Made by a program: the position numbers and the translations under genes
Part shown: positions 29,701 through 41,464 of the stretch, piece by piece
Position numbering within the stretch: the first letter of the stretch is position 1
Layout: every line of letters begins with the position of its first letter
DNA from: Oikopleura dioica
Taxonomy: Eukaryota; Animalia; Chordata
Assembly (NCBI GenBank): GCA_907165135.1
Contig: OU015568.1
Location: 7,440,001-7,504,000 of the forward strand
Reading direction: 5' to 3'
DNA length: 64,000 nt
The notes under the pieces: generated by a model
The model's input: only the letters and a program-made list of their open reading frames with translations
What the model was told of the DNA's origin: nothing
The model's database searches: none

Positions 29701-32700
29701 ACTCGGCTCCGATCTGAATCCAGCTTTCGAGGACTTTAACCCGCTGCGGAAGGGTTAAGCAAGGAGACAGAACGGTTGATACGACGAGGTACACAACGTT
29801 GTTGAATTGCCGCACAGTTGCCTAAACACAATTTTTGAATGATTCAATTTACAAGAAAAATTGTCAGAGACATATGTAGAAAACCAGAGTCAAGCTTTGA
29901 AAGAGTTTAAATTAAAAGCCGCGTAGCGGCTTTTACAAAAACGAAGCCGCGAAGCGGCTTCGCCAAAACAACCATTATGATCGATTTATAATTCTAGCGA
30001 AGCCGCTTTGCGGCTTTATTATCGTAAAGCCGCTACGCTAGAATTACAAATAAATCATATTGGTTGTTTTGGCGAAGCCGCCTTGCGGCTTCGTTTTTGT
30101 AAAAGCCGCTACGAGGCTTTTTATTGAAGCTCTTTCAAAGTTTGATTTAGGTTTTGCCGGGGCCTATTTACAAGAAAAATCGTCAGTTTCGTAAAAACAT
30201 ATATTCGGAAAGTATCGTGGCTGATTTGCCAGAAACAAGCTAGCAACTCTGAGATCGTGGAAAGGTCTGACGTCGCTCGATAAGTCGCGCCGCTCGTTCC
30301 GCAAAATTTGATTGAGGGGATCATCCGAGGTTTGATCAGGTAAGTAAATGTTGAAATTTTTCCAAGAGCGCGGATCATTCTTTTTTCCAGAATTTTAACA
30401 TTGAACTTTCAAAAATATCAACGTTTCCCGTGGCGATGAGATTTCACGGCGACTCACCTTGACTGTGGCAATTTCTGCACCCTGGCCGCGACGGGACCAG
30501 ACCGAGCCCAAGCACTGCCACGGTTGTACTTCGCAGAAGAGGCGCCTGTCAACGGCGCTGAGGCTGCGCACGATTTCCGACACGCTGAGCCGATTCAAGA
30601 AAAGTTCAGCTGATTTACCGTTTATCGACGTTCTGTCAAGGTCATCAGATGGGAACCCCGACAGTTCCATTACATAAGGTTTTAATTCGTCGATTTTGCC
30701 TTTCTTTCGAATATCCTGAAATTTATTATAGATTATTAGATTCGAGAAGCCGCTTGCGGCTTCGAGCCAAAATCAAAAAGCCGCACAGAGCGCGGCTTAA
30801 TATTTATGAAGCTCGAAGCCGCAATATCCTTAAAATTCATTCGACTCGAGAAGCCGCTTGCGATTTCGAGTCAAAACAAAAAGCCGCGCGAAGCGCGGCT
30901 CAAATGTTTATTGAGCTCGAAGCCGCAAGCGGCTTCTCGATATGACAAATGCTCTTCGCATTTTCAGATTTGCAAGTGAAAGCAAAATAACTGGGAAAAT
31001 CGGGACTCGCATACCTTGGCAACTTGGAGCATGGTTTTGACGGCGGCTTCGAGTTCAGCCGCATGTGGTCTGTTTGCCTTGCAAAACTAGAAAAGCACAT
31101 AGATTAGAATAATTCAAGTCGCTCTTGTCACTAGTGGATCTTCTTATGCTAAGCGTGTTTTACCACTTCGCTAATAATTGTTTCAAAACAACTCGCGATA
31201 CTAATAGTTTTGATAAGAAGAGAAGGAGAGTTCCAAGTATTTCTGTGCAGAGAAAACGTGTTTGGAAAGAGCCGATTTGAGCGTTTATATTTATTACTAA
31301 ATCGTTTTGGAATAAACTCGCGTTTTTCACATTCCGTTGGCGAATTATTCAGATAAACATTATTCAATTACGCCGTTTCTAACAGTTAAAATTAAGATTA
31401 GAAACAGTCTAATCTAATAACACAACTTCTGAGTCAGGGTTTGAAAACCAGAAATTAAAAGCCGCGCAGCGGCTTTTCTGAAAACGAAGCCGCAAAGCGG
31501 CTTCGCCAGAATTTGGGATAGACTGTAAATTAGCCGCTAATGATAAGTGAAGCCGCTTCGCGGCTTTGTATTTGAAAAAGCCGCTGCGCGGCTTTTCATT
31601 TCAGTTCTTCTAGACCCTGACTCAGGCCTTCTACACAGGTTGCCGAGTCAAGGTCGCAGCCTGACAGAACTTCTTTTAGAAAGTACAGGGGTTACAAAAT
31701 GTTTGACTGAACTGACCTCTTTGGTCTTCTTAATCAAAACTCGGCAGCGCTTGTTTTTGATTTGATTCCAGTCCTCCGGATGTCTCGCTATTCTTGGGTC
31801 ACTACCTGTCACCTAACCGACCGGTATGCGGTCGTCACTATTTAAATATTCTGAACCCGGAGTCCTAGCCACTCCATAACGGCGAGTAAGATGGATTCTG
31901 AAGAGCGGTTTCAACACGAGAAAATTGACGATTTCACTGATTTCGTCACTAGAATAATTTCAATTTACATTTGTTTTCACGCCTTTTGGTTTGATCCAAC
32001 ACTAAAATCATCAAATAAAGGGACGTTTTTTCAAGCCCAAAGCTTCAAAGCTTATGAAAAATGAAATTCTAGTGCTTTTTTTTAACTTTTCGACAATTTT
32101 TCTTATCAAAAATTACAGTTTTTAGCTGAAATTTCGAAGGATGATATCAACCTTCGATCACGCAATTAGAACTTCCTCGTAAAACTGATAAGAAATGGTG
32201 ATAAGAATCACCGTCAATGACGTAAACTGTGACAGTAATTTATTTTCCTTTCGAATTAGACGCGATAATTTTTCGCCACGTTTTCTTTTCAGGGCAGTTT
32301 TGGCTTGAAAAATAAACGAAAGAAGGAGTCTTCAAAAATCCCATTTTTTTCATAAAAAAGTATTGAAACCGTTAGCTTTGATCGTCTTATTGTCGGGCAA
32401 CTTCCTGCTCTCGTAGCTCTTCTGAAGCTTGACCCTGTCCAGATGATTGTATCGAAGAAATAGAAGGTCCAAAACTGACTTGGTTGAATAGAGAAGATAC
32501 TCTATTCGAACTTTTGCGGAACGGCGATTTTCAAAAAGTAGCTCGTTATTTTGCAAAATTGGCAGAAAAATTTTCAAGCGCAAAGTACTTCCAGCGCGTC
32601 TTCCTCTCTCTACGTGGCTTATTTACCGTTTTCACTTCGATAAAAACGGAGGAAGGGGATGATAGGCCTTTCGGAAGCTGAGATTCGATGAAGAAGAGAT

Positions 32701-35164
32701 AATCTTGCCAAGAAATAGACAAAAAAGTCTACCTAGGTACTCATGGAAAAAACGCTAAAGAACGAGCGAAAAATAGCCGCGCAGCGGCTTTTCAAAACGA
32801 AGCCACGTAGCGGCTTCGCCAAGAAATAAATATTTATTTAAATTAATAAAATTTTATTGAATGAATTTTTTTATTTCAGAATTAACAACTAAATGTTTAT
32901 TTCTTGGCGAAGCCGCTACCGTAGCGCGGCTTTGTTTTGAAAAGCCGCAGCGCGGCTTTTTTCTTCTACTCTCCTTTCTTCAGCCTTTCCTCGAGGAATA
33001 AGACCGTTTTCCTTAGAGATTACCAAGAAAAAACTTTCTTTGATTAAACTAATCATATTTACTTCCAATCAACACGATAAGCTCGCCATATTTTCTATAA
33101 TCAAAATAAGGATCGCTGAGAAAAAAAAAGTTTGGCACACAAATTTCGTCAAAAATTTCCTACACGTTTTTTCGCGCAGCGTGAGTTTCAAACTTTCGCA
33201 GACGATTAAAATTTTAAGTTGATGCGAAGCTGAATTTTTGAAATTATGTTAATCGGGGGCGATAATCTTGCTTGGTGGAGTTTGTTTAAAGAAGGGAAAT
33301 TCCAGCGGGATATATATATTTATGATCGAATTATACACGTTAGGTTTTGGTTTCAGACAATTCCAAATTCCGCGTTTGGCCAATCTAAATATGCTTTTCT
33401 TAGATGTTCTGAATAGAGCGACGTTTTTCTTTTTTGGGGAAAGGCAATTATCGAGAGTTGTGTTATTGAATTCCTGTAGAAATAACTAACAGTTTATTTT
33501 GGCAGGTGGACTTCAGCGGCCCCATTCACCAAAATAGAACGTGGCATGATTTCAATCCTTTTTGTTAATTCTTTCATTTGATTTATTTATTTTTTTAATA
33601 ATTAGTTCAAAATTGAAAGCATTTTTGGTCATTATTATTATATTTTTTTTCAAAAATTAGAAACAAAAATTCACCAAAAAAATACCGATCGCTGATTGGC
33701 CGATAGGTCGGATGGAAATTTCTAATTGGCGAAAAATTATTCAAATATTTTGTCTCTAAGATACATTGAATCCAGGCTCGACAACCTGTGTTGAAAACCT
33801 GAGTCAGGGTCTGAAAGAACGCGACTTTTCATTTAAGCTTTTTCAAACCCTGACTCAGGTCTCCTATAAAGTTTGCCGAGCTCAAAAAGTTCGTGTGAAC
33901 GAAGAGCTCCGTTATTCAACCTGCTCGCCCTCAGAGACCTCGATGTTACCAACCTTGCTACCTTCCATCACGTTTTTTGTTGGCCACAAGATATTTCCCA
34001 CAAGTTACGTATTTAAAAATCTTCGTTGATTCTTTCGATTTTCGTTTCTAAATGGCTGAAAAGTGCTCTGTCCGGCGAGGACAAGTTCCAGGGGTATCAC
34101 GTGACCGCTTTAAACAAGCTTCGACGTAACAGTAGTTGGGCGCCTTAAAAGACCTTTATGAAGTAATTTGGCGCCAACCAAAAGCCCCTGTAAAATTTGA
34201 ATAGCACCCTGTTATCCTCGGACACGTTGAAAATATTGCCACCTTTCTAAAAGGATCTCTTTCAACCCGTGCCTTGATACGGCAAGATAAACGTCCGATA
34301 CGTCGATAAGAAGATGGAGAGGAACTTTTCGTCGCCGAAGATAGGGGCGCATGCTAAATGCGTGTTCCTCAAATATTTATATTTAAAAAACTGAAATTTA
34401 TATAAAATTTTAAGCTGACTTTTTAACAAAAATTACATAGTGACTCCCTTAATTTTGATGTGGCAACCTGTGTAGAAAACCTGAGTCAGGATCTAAAATA
34501 TCAAACGAAAAGCCGCGTAACGGCTTCTTTTAAAAACAAAGCCAGGAAGCGGCTTCGCCAAAAATTTGATCAGATTTAGATCAGAACATTTGCGAAGATG
34601 AAAAGCCGCGTAGCGGCTTTTACTAGGCACGAAGCCGCAAAGCGGCTTCCCAAATATTCCTCTTTAATCCGTTCAAATTTTTGGCAAAGTCGCTTCGCGA
34701 CTTCGTTTTTAAAAATCCGCTACGCGGCTTTTCGTTTGATATCTTTTAGACCTCGACTCAGGTTTTCTACACAAGTTGCCAAGCTGAGCTTATATTGTAA
34801 CGATGTTGTAATTATGCATTTTCTTGAGCTGTAGGCACTCAGCAAAACTGTGGATTATGCATGTGCCTCGAAATAAAACTCTCAGAAAGCAATTAAATTA
34901 TATTTTTGTGAAAATATCGGAAACCCGCCCTTTTCTTGCAATTTTTACGTAAAAATGGAACACGGGCCTAAGTGATCGACTAATCGATCGATGCTTCCGG
35001 CTTTGAGGAGTTTGATTTTCGTCGTCTCGATGTGGCCAGGCTCAAAGTCGGAGACGGGCGGCTTGCGCTGCTGCTTGAGCAGAATTGTATAGAGCAAGTC
35101 ATTCCTGAAAGAAATGAAATCAACATGTTTACTTGTTCAATGAACAATGGAATACGAAGAACAT
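26784..35164 (-). CDS. RGL1: RalGDS/RGL-family RasGEF (REM + CDC25 + RA domains); 5' end uncertain
   Basis: REM exons LLKAGSIDRLVDHL (about 34970-35100) and SVLDLLFLRY (about 32450). CDC25 motifs CLGSVWSRR, VRQFN, WIQIGAECLRLRNYNAL, HRLKKTW, IPYLGHFLTDLMMID and VNFEKRRKEY. RA-like end LDKFNL..WKLLQ..FPNNSAIFHCV. The symbol indicates family only. Confidence 0.85.
27812..28035. mobile_element. Family-A MITE copy (RalGDS-like intron)
   Basis: aaaacctgagtcagggtctg..aagccgcgcagcg with the inverted arm present. Confidence 0.75.
28446..28628. mobile_element. Family-A MITE copy with perfect 8-bp TSD
   Basis: TTTTAAGG at 28438-28445 and 28629-28636, flanking ctgggctcggcaacc...ggttgctgagcccaa. Confidence 0.9.
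29221..29453. mobile_element. Family-A MITE copy
   Basis: Both arms with triloop hairpins and cctgagtcagg. Confidence 0.75.
29872..30165. mobile_element. Family-A MITE, composite/degenerate copy
   Basis: Several aagccgc..gcggctt cores; ends eroded. Confidence 0.65.
30742..30940. mobile_element. Small element with perfect 25-bp TIR and two internal direct units (family B)
   Basis: tcgagaagccgcttgcggcttcgag at the left end and its exact reverse complement at the right end; no clear TSD. Confidence 0.65.
31428..31651. mobile_element. Family-A MITE copy
   Basis: ctgagtcagggtttg..aagccgc arms; right end caggttgccgagtcaag. Confidence 0.75.
32775..32960. repeat. Family-A MITE core without outer TIRs
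   Basis: Only the inverted gccgc..gcggc hairpin blocks and an AT-rich spacer remain. Confidence 0.65.
33772..33882. mobile_element. Short family-A MITE copy
   Basis: ggctcgacaacctgtg..cctgagtcagggtc with the inverted end tttgccgagctc. Confidence 0.7.
34462..34788. mobile_element. Family-A MITE copy (three-arm)
   Basis: ggcaacctgtgtagaaaacctgagtcagg through ggttttctacacaagttgcc. Confidence 0.75.
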
Positions 35165-35978
35165 GAGCGCTTTCTGTTTAATTTTTGTCTAATTTGGGGA
35201 CGAGTAACGGGGATAAAGCTATTTACACTGCGCATAATGAAACAATCGACCACGGTAAAATAACGACACGGCGCCCGTTTCAAAACAAAACAGAAAAAAC
35301 GTAGCTAGAATTTTAAGACGACACTTTTGTCTTATCTCTTTGGTTCGACAAAATGCCCAAGAAACAACGAAATTTATTTTGGAGTCGGAAATGGAAGGTT
35401 TCTGGAGAAATTTAAACCGATTTGAATAAATTTCAAATTTGAAAATATTGCAATAGAGGCTGAAAATGATTATTATTTATTTATGATGGATTTGAGCGAA
35501 AACATGATGCGAAAAAACGATTCTGCTGAAAAAAAGATAACGAAAATAACGATCGTTCAATTATCATGAGTTATCATGATAAAATTTCAGGTTAAAAATT
35601 GAAAAAAAGTAGCTACAGTAATAATTGTCAGCTTGAATTTTTCTTTTAAAAAACAAAATCCCCCTTAATCAGTGAATCACTGAATTTCCGCCGGGCCGAA
35701 ATTTATCTTGATCCACGAACTTCTTATGGGTTAATCTCTGTGCGTACTTGTCCGGCTTTGGAAGGCTTAATTCTCGCATTTCGGCGCCTAACGTGAACAT
35801 GTGGCTCTTATAATCTGCTGGCTTCTTTTTCCTAACGCGCAGCTCATCCCCTGGCCCATGTTCGCTCTACGACACTATATTATCACTAACACTTGTTTTT
35901 TGGCTTATCATCGGTTTAGCTTCTCGGATTTCTGCGAGGGCCAAATCGGGGGAAAACAAATACCAAATCTATTGGTTT

Positions 35979-36344
35979 TTAACCCGTTCGCGCATCATGA
36001 CCAATTTTGTGGTAACTTTTAAATATAGCGTATGTAAATATTCCCTAAATACGCCAATGGGTTAAATCGGTTCTATCTATCAAACTGCTAAGTCTATTGG
36101 ATTTTAACCCATCGACGTATAATGACCAATTTTGTGGCAAGTTTTAAATGAAGCGTAGGCCAAAATTTCCCAAAATACGCCAACAAGTTAAAATTTTCTT
36201 TATCTAGCTACTTAACCTATTGGATTTTAACCCGTTGACGTGTCATGACCAATTTTGTGGCAAGCTGTGAAATGAAAATAGTGGCCTACCGGGAAGACCC
36301 TGCCCGGTTGAGCAAAAAGAGCCCAGAATACGCCAACGGGTTAA
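35979..36344. repeat. Three tandem ~124-bp units, each a TTAA-CCC...GGG-TTAA mini-element (piggyBac-like MITE)
   Basis: Units start at 35979, 36104 and 36227, sharing ctattgg-ttttaaccc and atgaccaattttgtgg. Units 1 and 3 close with acgccaa(t/c)gggttaa; unit 2 closes with a mutated acgccaacaagttaa. Confidence 0.65.
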
Positions 36345-37507
36345 AACCCTCTTTAACCCTTTCTATCTTACTTGAACTCATCGCCACAAGTCCGCGTCGA
36401 TTCCAAATCAATCTTCAGAGAAAGCTTTTCTTTTCTAGGTCTCTTAACACTGATCACTCTCGAAATGCGCTCGGCAATTGTCATTTAGTCTTTTGGTATT
36501 TACAAATTTCAAATAATTTCGCTCATTAGCTGCTTTGCTAAGCAAATCTCTTCCGAAGGGCGCGATGCAAACTTGGTGGAGGCATTTTTTCGCGACGATC
36601 GACTATCGCGAGCGCGCAGGTGGCGCTAGTACGACCGATGGAATGTTATGAAGCGCGTTTAGGGAGGATTGTGAATGAGAAAGTTCGGCTAGTCTTCTGC
36701 TCAAAATTTCCTTGAAGAATTAAGAACTTTCGAGGAATATTAATTTTTAGAATAATCTTAAATTTCGCGAATCATAATTAAAAACCTTGAAATTAAGAAA
36801 TGCGCTTGAAGCCAAAATATCTGCTAGTAAGGTTAAAATGTCAACCCCTTGACGGGCTGTGGCTCTTTTTGCCGACGTTTTGCAAAGTTTCTTCCCCAAA
36901 TTGGTGAATATTTAATTTCTACCCTAGTCACCTCAAAATTTCGAATTTCCAGCTTTAGTATGCAAAATCCAGCGTTATTTTTCCCGGAAGTGTGATTTTT
37001 ACTGGACTTTTCTTGGAAGTTCATAAAACATTGAATTTGAATTTTTGCCACCCTTTTTCGGCGAAAACACTTGTCGAATCCAGTTATTACAGGGAAAAAT
37101 ATTTATGGTACAATAATTCGCACCAGTTTTTTGGTCTGCAGATTTAATCTCGTTAAATTAGGTTCCATAAAATTCTTATCGCTGAAATGCGACCTTATCA
37201 GCCGCTAGAATCGGGCGCACTTGAGCAACATCACTCAACAGTATTTAAATTGAACACCTGGTTTGTTTTACCCATATCAGAGCAACTAGCTAATTAGAGA
37301 TAGAAGTAACTATCAACGTGAAAGAAAAGAACAAACGACAAATAATGATGAAGAACAAGCTTTTTCAATCTTTCTTTTACTACAGGATAAGAGTTAGGAA
37401 TTAGAATTTCGAGATAGACTCCTACTAGGGGGGCAAAAAGTCGGGGTGGGAGAGTTCCTGGGGGAGTTTCTTGCCTGCGATTGGCTGAAGGGGTTAACCC
37501 CTAACCC

Positions 37508-37795
37508 CAAACCTGTGTAAAAAGCTGAGTCAGGGTTTGAAATATCTTAAATGAAAAGCCGCGTAGCGGCTTTTTCAAAATGAAGCCGCGAAGCGGCTTC
37601 GCGAATTCACCTTTTCAATTAATCTTCAAATTCTCCGCGGCTTCGTTTTGAAAAAGCCGCGTAGCAAGAATTTAAAAATTAATTATAAAGGTGAATTCGC
37701 GAAGCCGCTTCGCGGCTTCGTTTATGAAAAGCCGCTACGCGGCTTTTCATTTGAGATTTTTTAAATCCTGACTCAGGTATTCTACACAGATTTTC
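37508..37795. mobile_element. Family-A MITE copy
   Basis: aaacctgtgtaaaaagctgagtcaggg arm, internally duplicated core and inverted arm. Confidence 0.75.
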
Positions 37796-37881
37796 AATAC
37801 GAGAACCCCCAATCGGTACCGACTTTAGGAAGTTATAAAAGATCCACATTATGATTCTAAATTAATCTTTAACTCTTAACA

Positions 37882-39538
37882 GAAAACCGAAGGCGGCGTT
37901 TTTAACACCGTCAGCGCGACACTGGACTTGTCAGATTCAAATTCAGCGTTTTCCAGCTGCTCTGCAATGCGACTCGACGAGCGAATTTCAAAGGCAGAAT
38001 GCGGCGAGCAAAATGGAAATTTCTCGGAAAACGCGTCTTGCTACGTGGCGTGTTTAGAAACGCTAGAATTTGAGTGTTCCTGCACGTACGTTGAGCAGGG
38101 TATGCGAATGTTGAACAAAGAGGGCTGTTACTGGCAGCAAAAGGACGAGACGCAGCGCTGCGAGCTCACGCAAACCAGCAACTTTCTTCAAACAACTCTT
38201 GATATTCACTTTCAAGAGCTGCTGACAGAATCGCAGTGTCAAGACATGATTCAAAACGCGCTAGTTGCGAATTATCTCCAGGAAACAGTTTCTAAAAGGA
38301 GAAAGATTTCGAGTTTAATTAATCGCAAGAAGTATCATTTTTCTATATTTTTGAAGACAGAAAAGTTGGGCGGGATAAATTATGAAGTAAGAATGGCATC
38401 TTGGTTTCATCTAAACGATCAAGTTTCATTTCAAATGAAGTAAATTTTCAAATCGAAGTTTAGTTATAAAGGAAATGTCAGCTGTGAGGCAAGCTGTGAG
38501 ACAAGCCGTTCTCCAGCTGTAGCCAGAACAGCTGATCAAAAATGCATTTGAAAAAAATTTGATCTTGATCTTGCTTTCTTCAAATATTAAACTGTTTAAA
38601 GGTCTCCAGCGTTGAATGCTCCATATCATCTCAAAACCGAAAACGTCGGTCCTCAACAGCCAGTTCTACCAATTTCTCCGTCGTGGTATCTTCTACAGTA
38701 GAATCCATCAACGGCACCGTTCCCTCAGAAAGCGTATCCCCGGACGAATTTATCGAAAATCTTTTTATCGCTTTCGAGAGTACCAGTGGCGCTGATTGCG
38801 AAAATATAAATACGGAAAGTGTTCTCACGATTGACTATCCGGTCGAGCTTGAGAGTGTTTTTCAAAATGCTACAGAAACCTCGACTTCGACGGAATCGAC
38901 AACTACGGGGTCTTCTTCGAATAACGATGAGTTTATTAAAGAACTTGAAGCTCAGGTAAGCTGGACTCGAGAATATTTCCTCCTGGGCTGGGCGATATGT
39001 GTAGAAAACCTGAGTCAGGGTCTGAAAGATCTTTATTGAAAAGCCGCGCAGCGGCTTTTTCGAAGATCGAAGCCGCAAAGCGGCTTCGCCATTATTTAGA
39101 AAAAGATTAAAAGGTAGTTTTGCGAAGCCGCTGCGCGGCTTCGATTTACAAAAAAAGCCGCCACGCGGCTTTTCTTTAAAGGTATTTCAGACCCTGACTC
39201 AGGTTTTTCACACAGATTGCCGAGCCCAGCAGGTAGGATTTTTTTTGTTTCTAGCAAAATTTTTATGTTAAAAATTTCAGCTGCTGGAGCTGAATTCGAA
39301 GAACGAGGAGCTAAAAGAGACGGTGAACAGCATGGAAGTTCAAATGGAAATGCTGATGGAAGAAGATCGCCATCTTGAAAAGTCGCTGAAAACACAAACT
39401 TTCATGCAGATAAGCTTGTCAAATAGACTTAACCATGCGCTTCACTTTGTCGAGCACGAGCGAAAGACATCCGAGTGGCAGCTCAAAAAGATGATAAATG
39501 AGCTCAGCACCAAGATTGCCGACTTACTCTATCATTAA
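37882..39538 (+). CDS. Orphan protein: Cys-rich sushi/CCP-like module, Ser/Thr-rich stretch and C-terminal coiled coil; 5' end uncertain
   Basis: Cys/Trp spacing in CGEQNG..CYVAC..ECSC..GCYW..RC. In-phase splice from EAQ|gtaag to ttcag|LLELNSKNEELKE, and heptad periodicity to the stop at 39538. Confidence 0.55.
38983..39229. mobile_element. Family-A MITE copy, intronic
   Basis: ctgggctgggcg...ccgagcccag complete termini. Confidence 0.85.
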
Positions 39539-39954
39539 CACGCTTTTCCTTCCTGCCTAAGAGGAGACTCTTATAACGTCATCTCCAATTATCCACTGTT
39601 TTATCTTCAAAAGAATGCCAAGCAATAAACAAAAGAAAATCAAAACCAAATTGTCTGGGCTCCGCAACCTGCGCGGCTTTTCATTGGAGATATTTTAACC
39701 CTTACTCAGGTTTTCTACACACGTTGCCTTTTCATTGAAGACTCTGACTCAGGATTTCTTATTCCGACAAGATACAGAACACGAAATAATTTTAAATACG
39801 TTCAACCTTTCTAACCATCATCCCCAAACACGCGTTTTAGATGCCAAATCGTCAAGCAAATCCGAAAATCCGCAAATCTCAAACATGTCGAGCAAGTCCT
39901 ATAAAACGCGCGCGCGTACCTAACTTTCCACGATAGAAAAAAATATTTCCAAGC

Positions 39955-41219
39955 ATGCAGATTTTCACTTTTTTGCTCTTTTCGAAGATCTTTGCGGAAG
40001 AAATTGTCGACTGGGATGAGCTCATTGCGAAGTTAGAGGCAGAAGATCAAGAGCATCATGCTTTTGCGGAACATCACGATCATCTGGAGGTTGACGAGAG
40101 GCATCACAGTCTTGATAACTTAGATTATGATTATCAGATGCCGGAGAGTCTCTGGACCACTCAGCAAGGTTTTCAAAAGGGACTCTAGAATTTTCCACCG
40201 AAAAAAAGCTTTTGCAAACCTGTAAAAGGATAGAACATTCGACGATTTCGACTCACTTGCTGAGCAACTCACTTTTGGAAAAGTAGAGCCACATAAACTC
40301 GTCAACTACGGCTGCCACTGTTTCAATACTGGCGATCGACCACAATCGGACATGACCAAGGGGCCCCCAGTTGATGAAATCGACAGAGCTTGTATGAACT
40401 ACAAGGTAAGAAAAACCCCCCAAAAAGAAGGGATGAATAATTTTGTTAGCACTGCTTGGCATGCAGCAGACTCCATCTCGACGATAACAACTGCATTCCA
40501 GAATTGATCGAGTACTCGCTCGTCGGCATCCAGCCTCAGTGTCGTAAGTGTAAACTAAGGGCCCTGTCAGCAATAATTTTCTTTGGCGAAATTAGACGAA
40601 ATATTTCAAGGAGCATTTCATGTCCAAAACACCCTAAATCTTTCATTCTATGGAAGCACTAAAACTTTAATAAATTCAGCTGCGGCCGTCGGCAACAACG
40701 AACAACGATGCAAATCAATGGTTTGCCAGGTACTTTTGCTTCTTGAATAATAAATAATAAATATAATTTAAATTTTAAATATTTTCAGTGCGATAAGATG
40801 CTCGTCAACGATCTCCTCGATCTGATCAACCAAGGAATCGACTTTGATGCTCAAAACTACATGATCATGAATACGGATCAATGCTTTAGTGGAGGCCAGA
40901 ATACGGGACCAGGGCCAAATCATGGAAACAATACACCAAGACAATGCTGCGGGGAGTTTCCAGCGCAGGAATGGGTTAATTTGAAGACAAGCGATAAACT
41001 GGGTTCGTCAACCTGAGTAGAAAACCTGAGTTAGGTTCTGAAGCGGCTTCTGATTTAAGCTCCTCAGAACCTGACTCAGGTTTTCTACTCAGGTTGACGA
41101 ACCTAGTTAATTGACGAATGAAAATTAACCTTTTTTCGCAGATCTTGTACCGTCCATCAAAGAAGGAGTGTTGCCTCGGAAAGGTTCGAGCTTTAGGAAC
41201 CTGTTCTGCTAACAACTGA
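39955..41219 (+). CDS. Secreted phospholipase-A2-fold protein, probably non-catalytic, with Cys-rich C-terminal extension
   Basis: Signal peptide MQIFTFLLFSKIFA and an acidic/His-rich pro-region. Then NYGCHC..KGPPVDEIDRACMNYK (no His-Asp dyad), C..MVCQCDK, and CCGEFP..YRPSKKECC. Confidence 0.7.
40988..41107. mobile_element. Short family-A-related MITE in PLA2-like intron
   Basis: ctgggttcgtcaacctgagtagaaaacc and the inverted ggttttctactcaggttgacgaacctag. Confidence 0.75.
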
Positions 41220-41464
41220 TCAAAATCTCGTCACCATTCTTGTGTGTGAACCCCTTGTTTTTATCCGTCATTTATAAATAAACCTCGTAAAATTAACCTT
41301 ACCAACAGTGGATAATAAATAACATTGTGCTTGTTGGGGTAATTTTTGTTGACGCGGGGAAATAATAAACGCGCCTGTCCTCTGTTTTGCAGATTATATG
41401 ACGCTTTATCACCTTGGCACTAAAGAGAGCAAGGCAGAGTAAAAACGAAAGTTCGAATCGTATT

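Noticed and set aside
31547-31765. Recurrent short ORFs with [20 protein letters not shown] motifs here and elsewhere
   Set aside because: They are translations of family-A MITE arms, not genes or a transposase.
37425-37500. G-run cluster, possible G-quadruplex
   Set aside because: Irregular loop lengths and adjacent to a repeat; no functional context.
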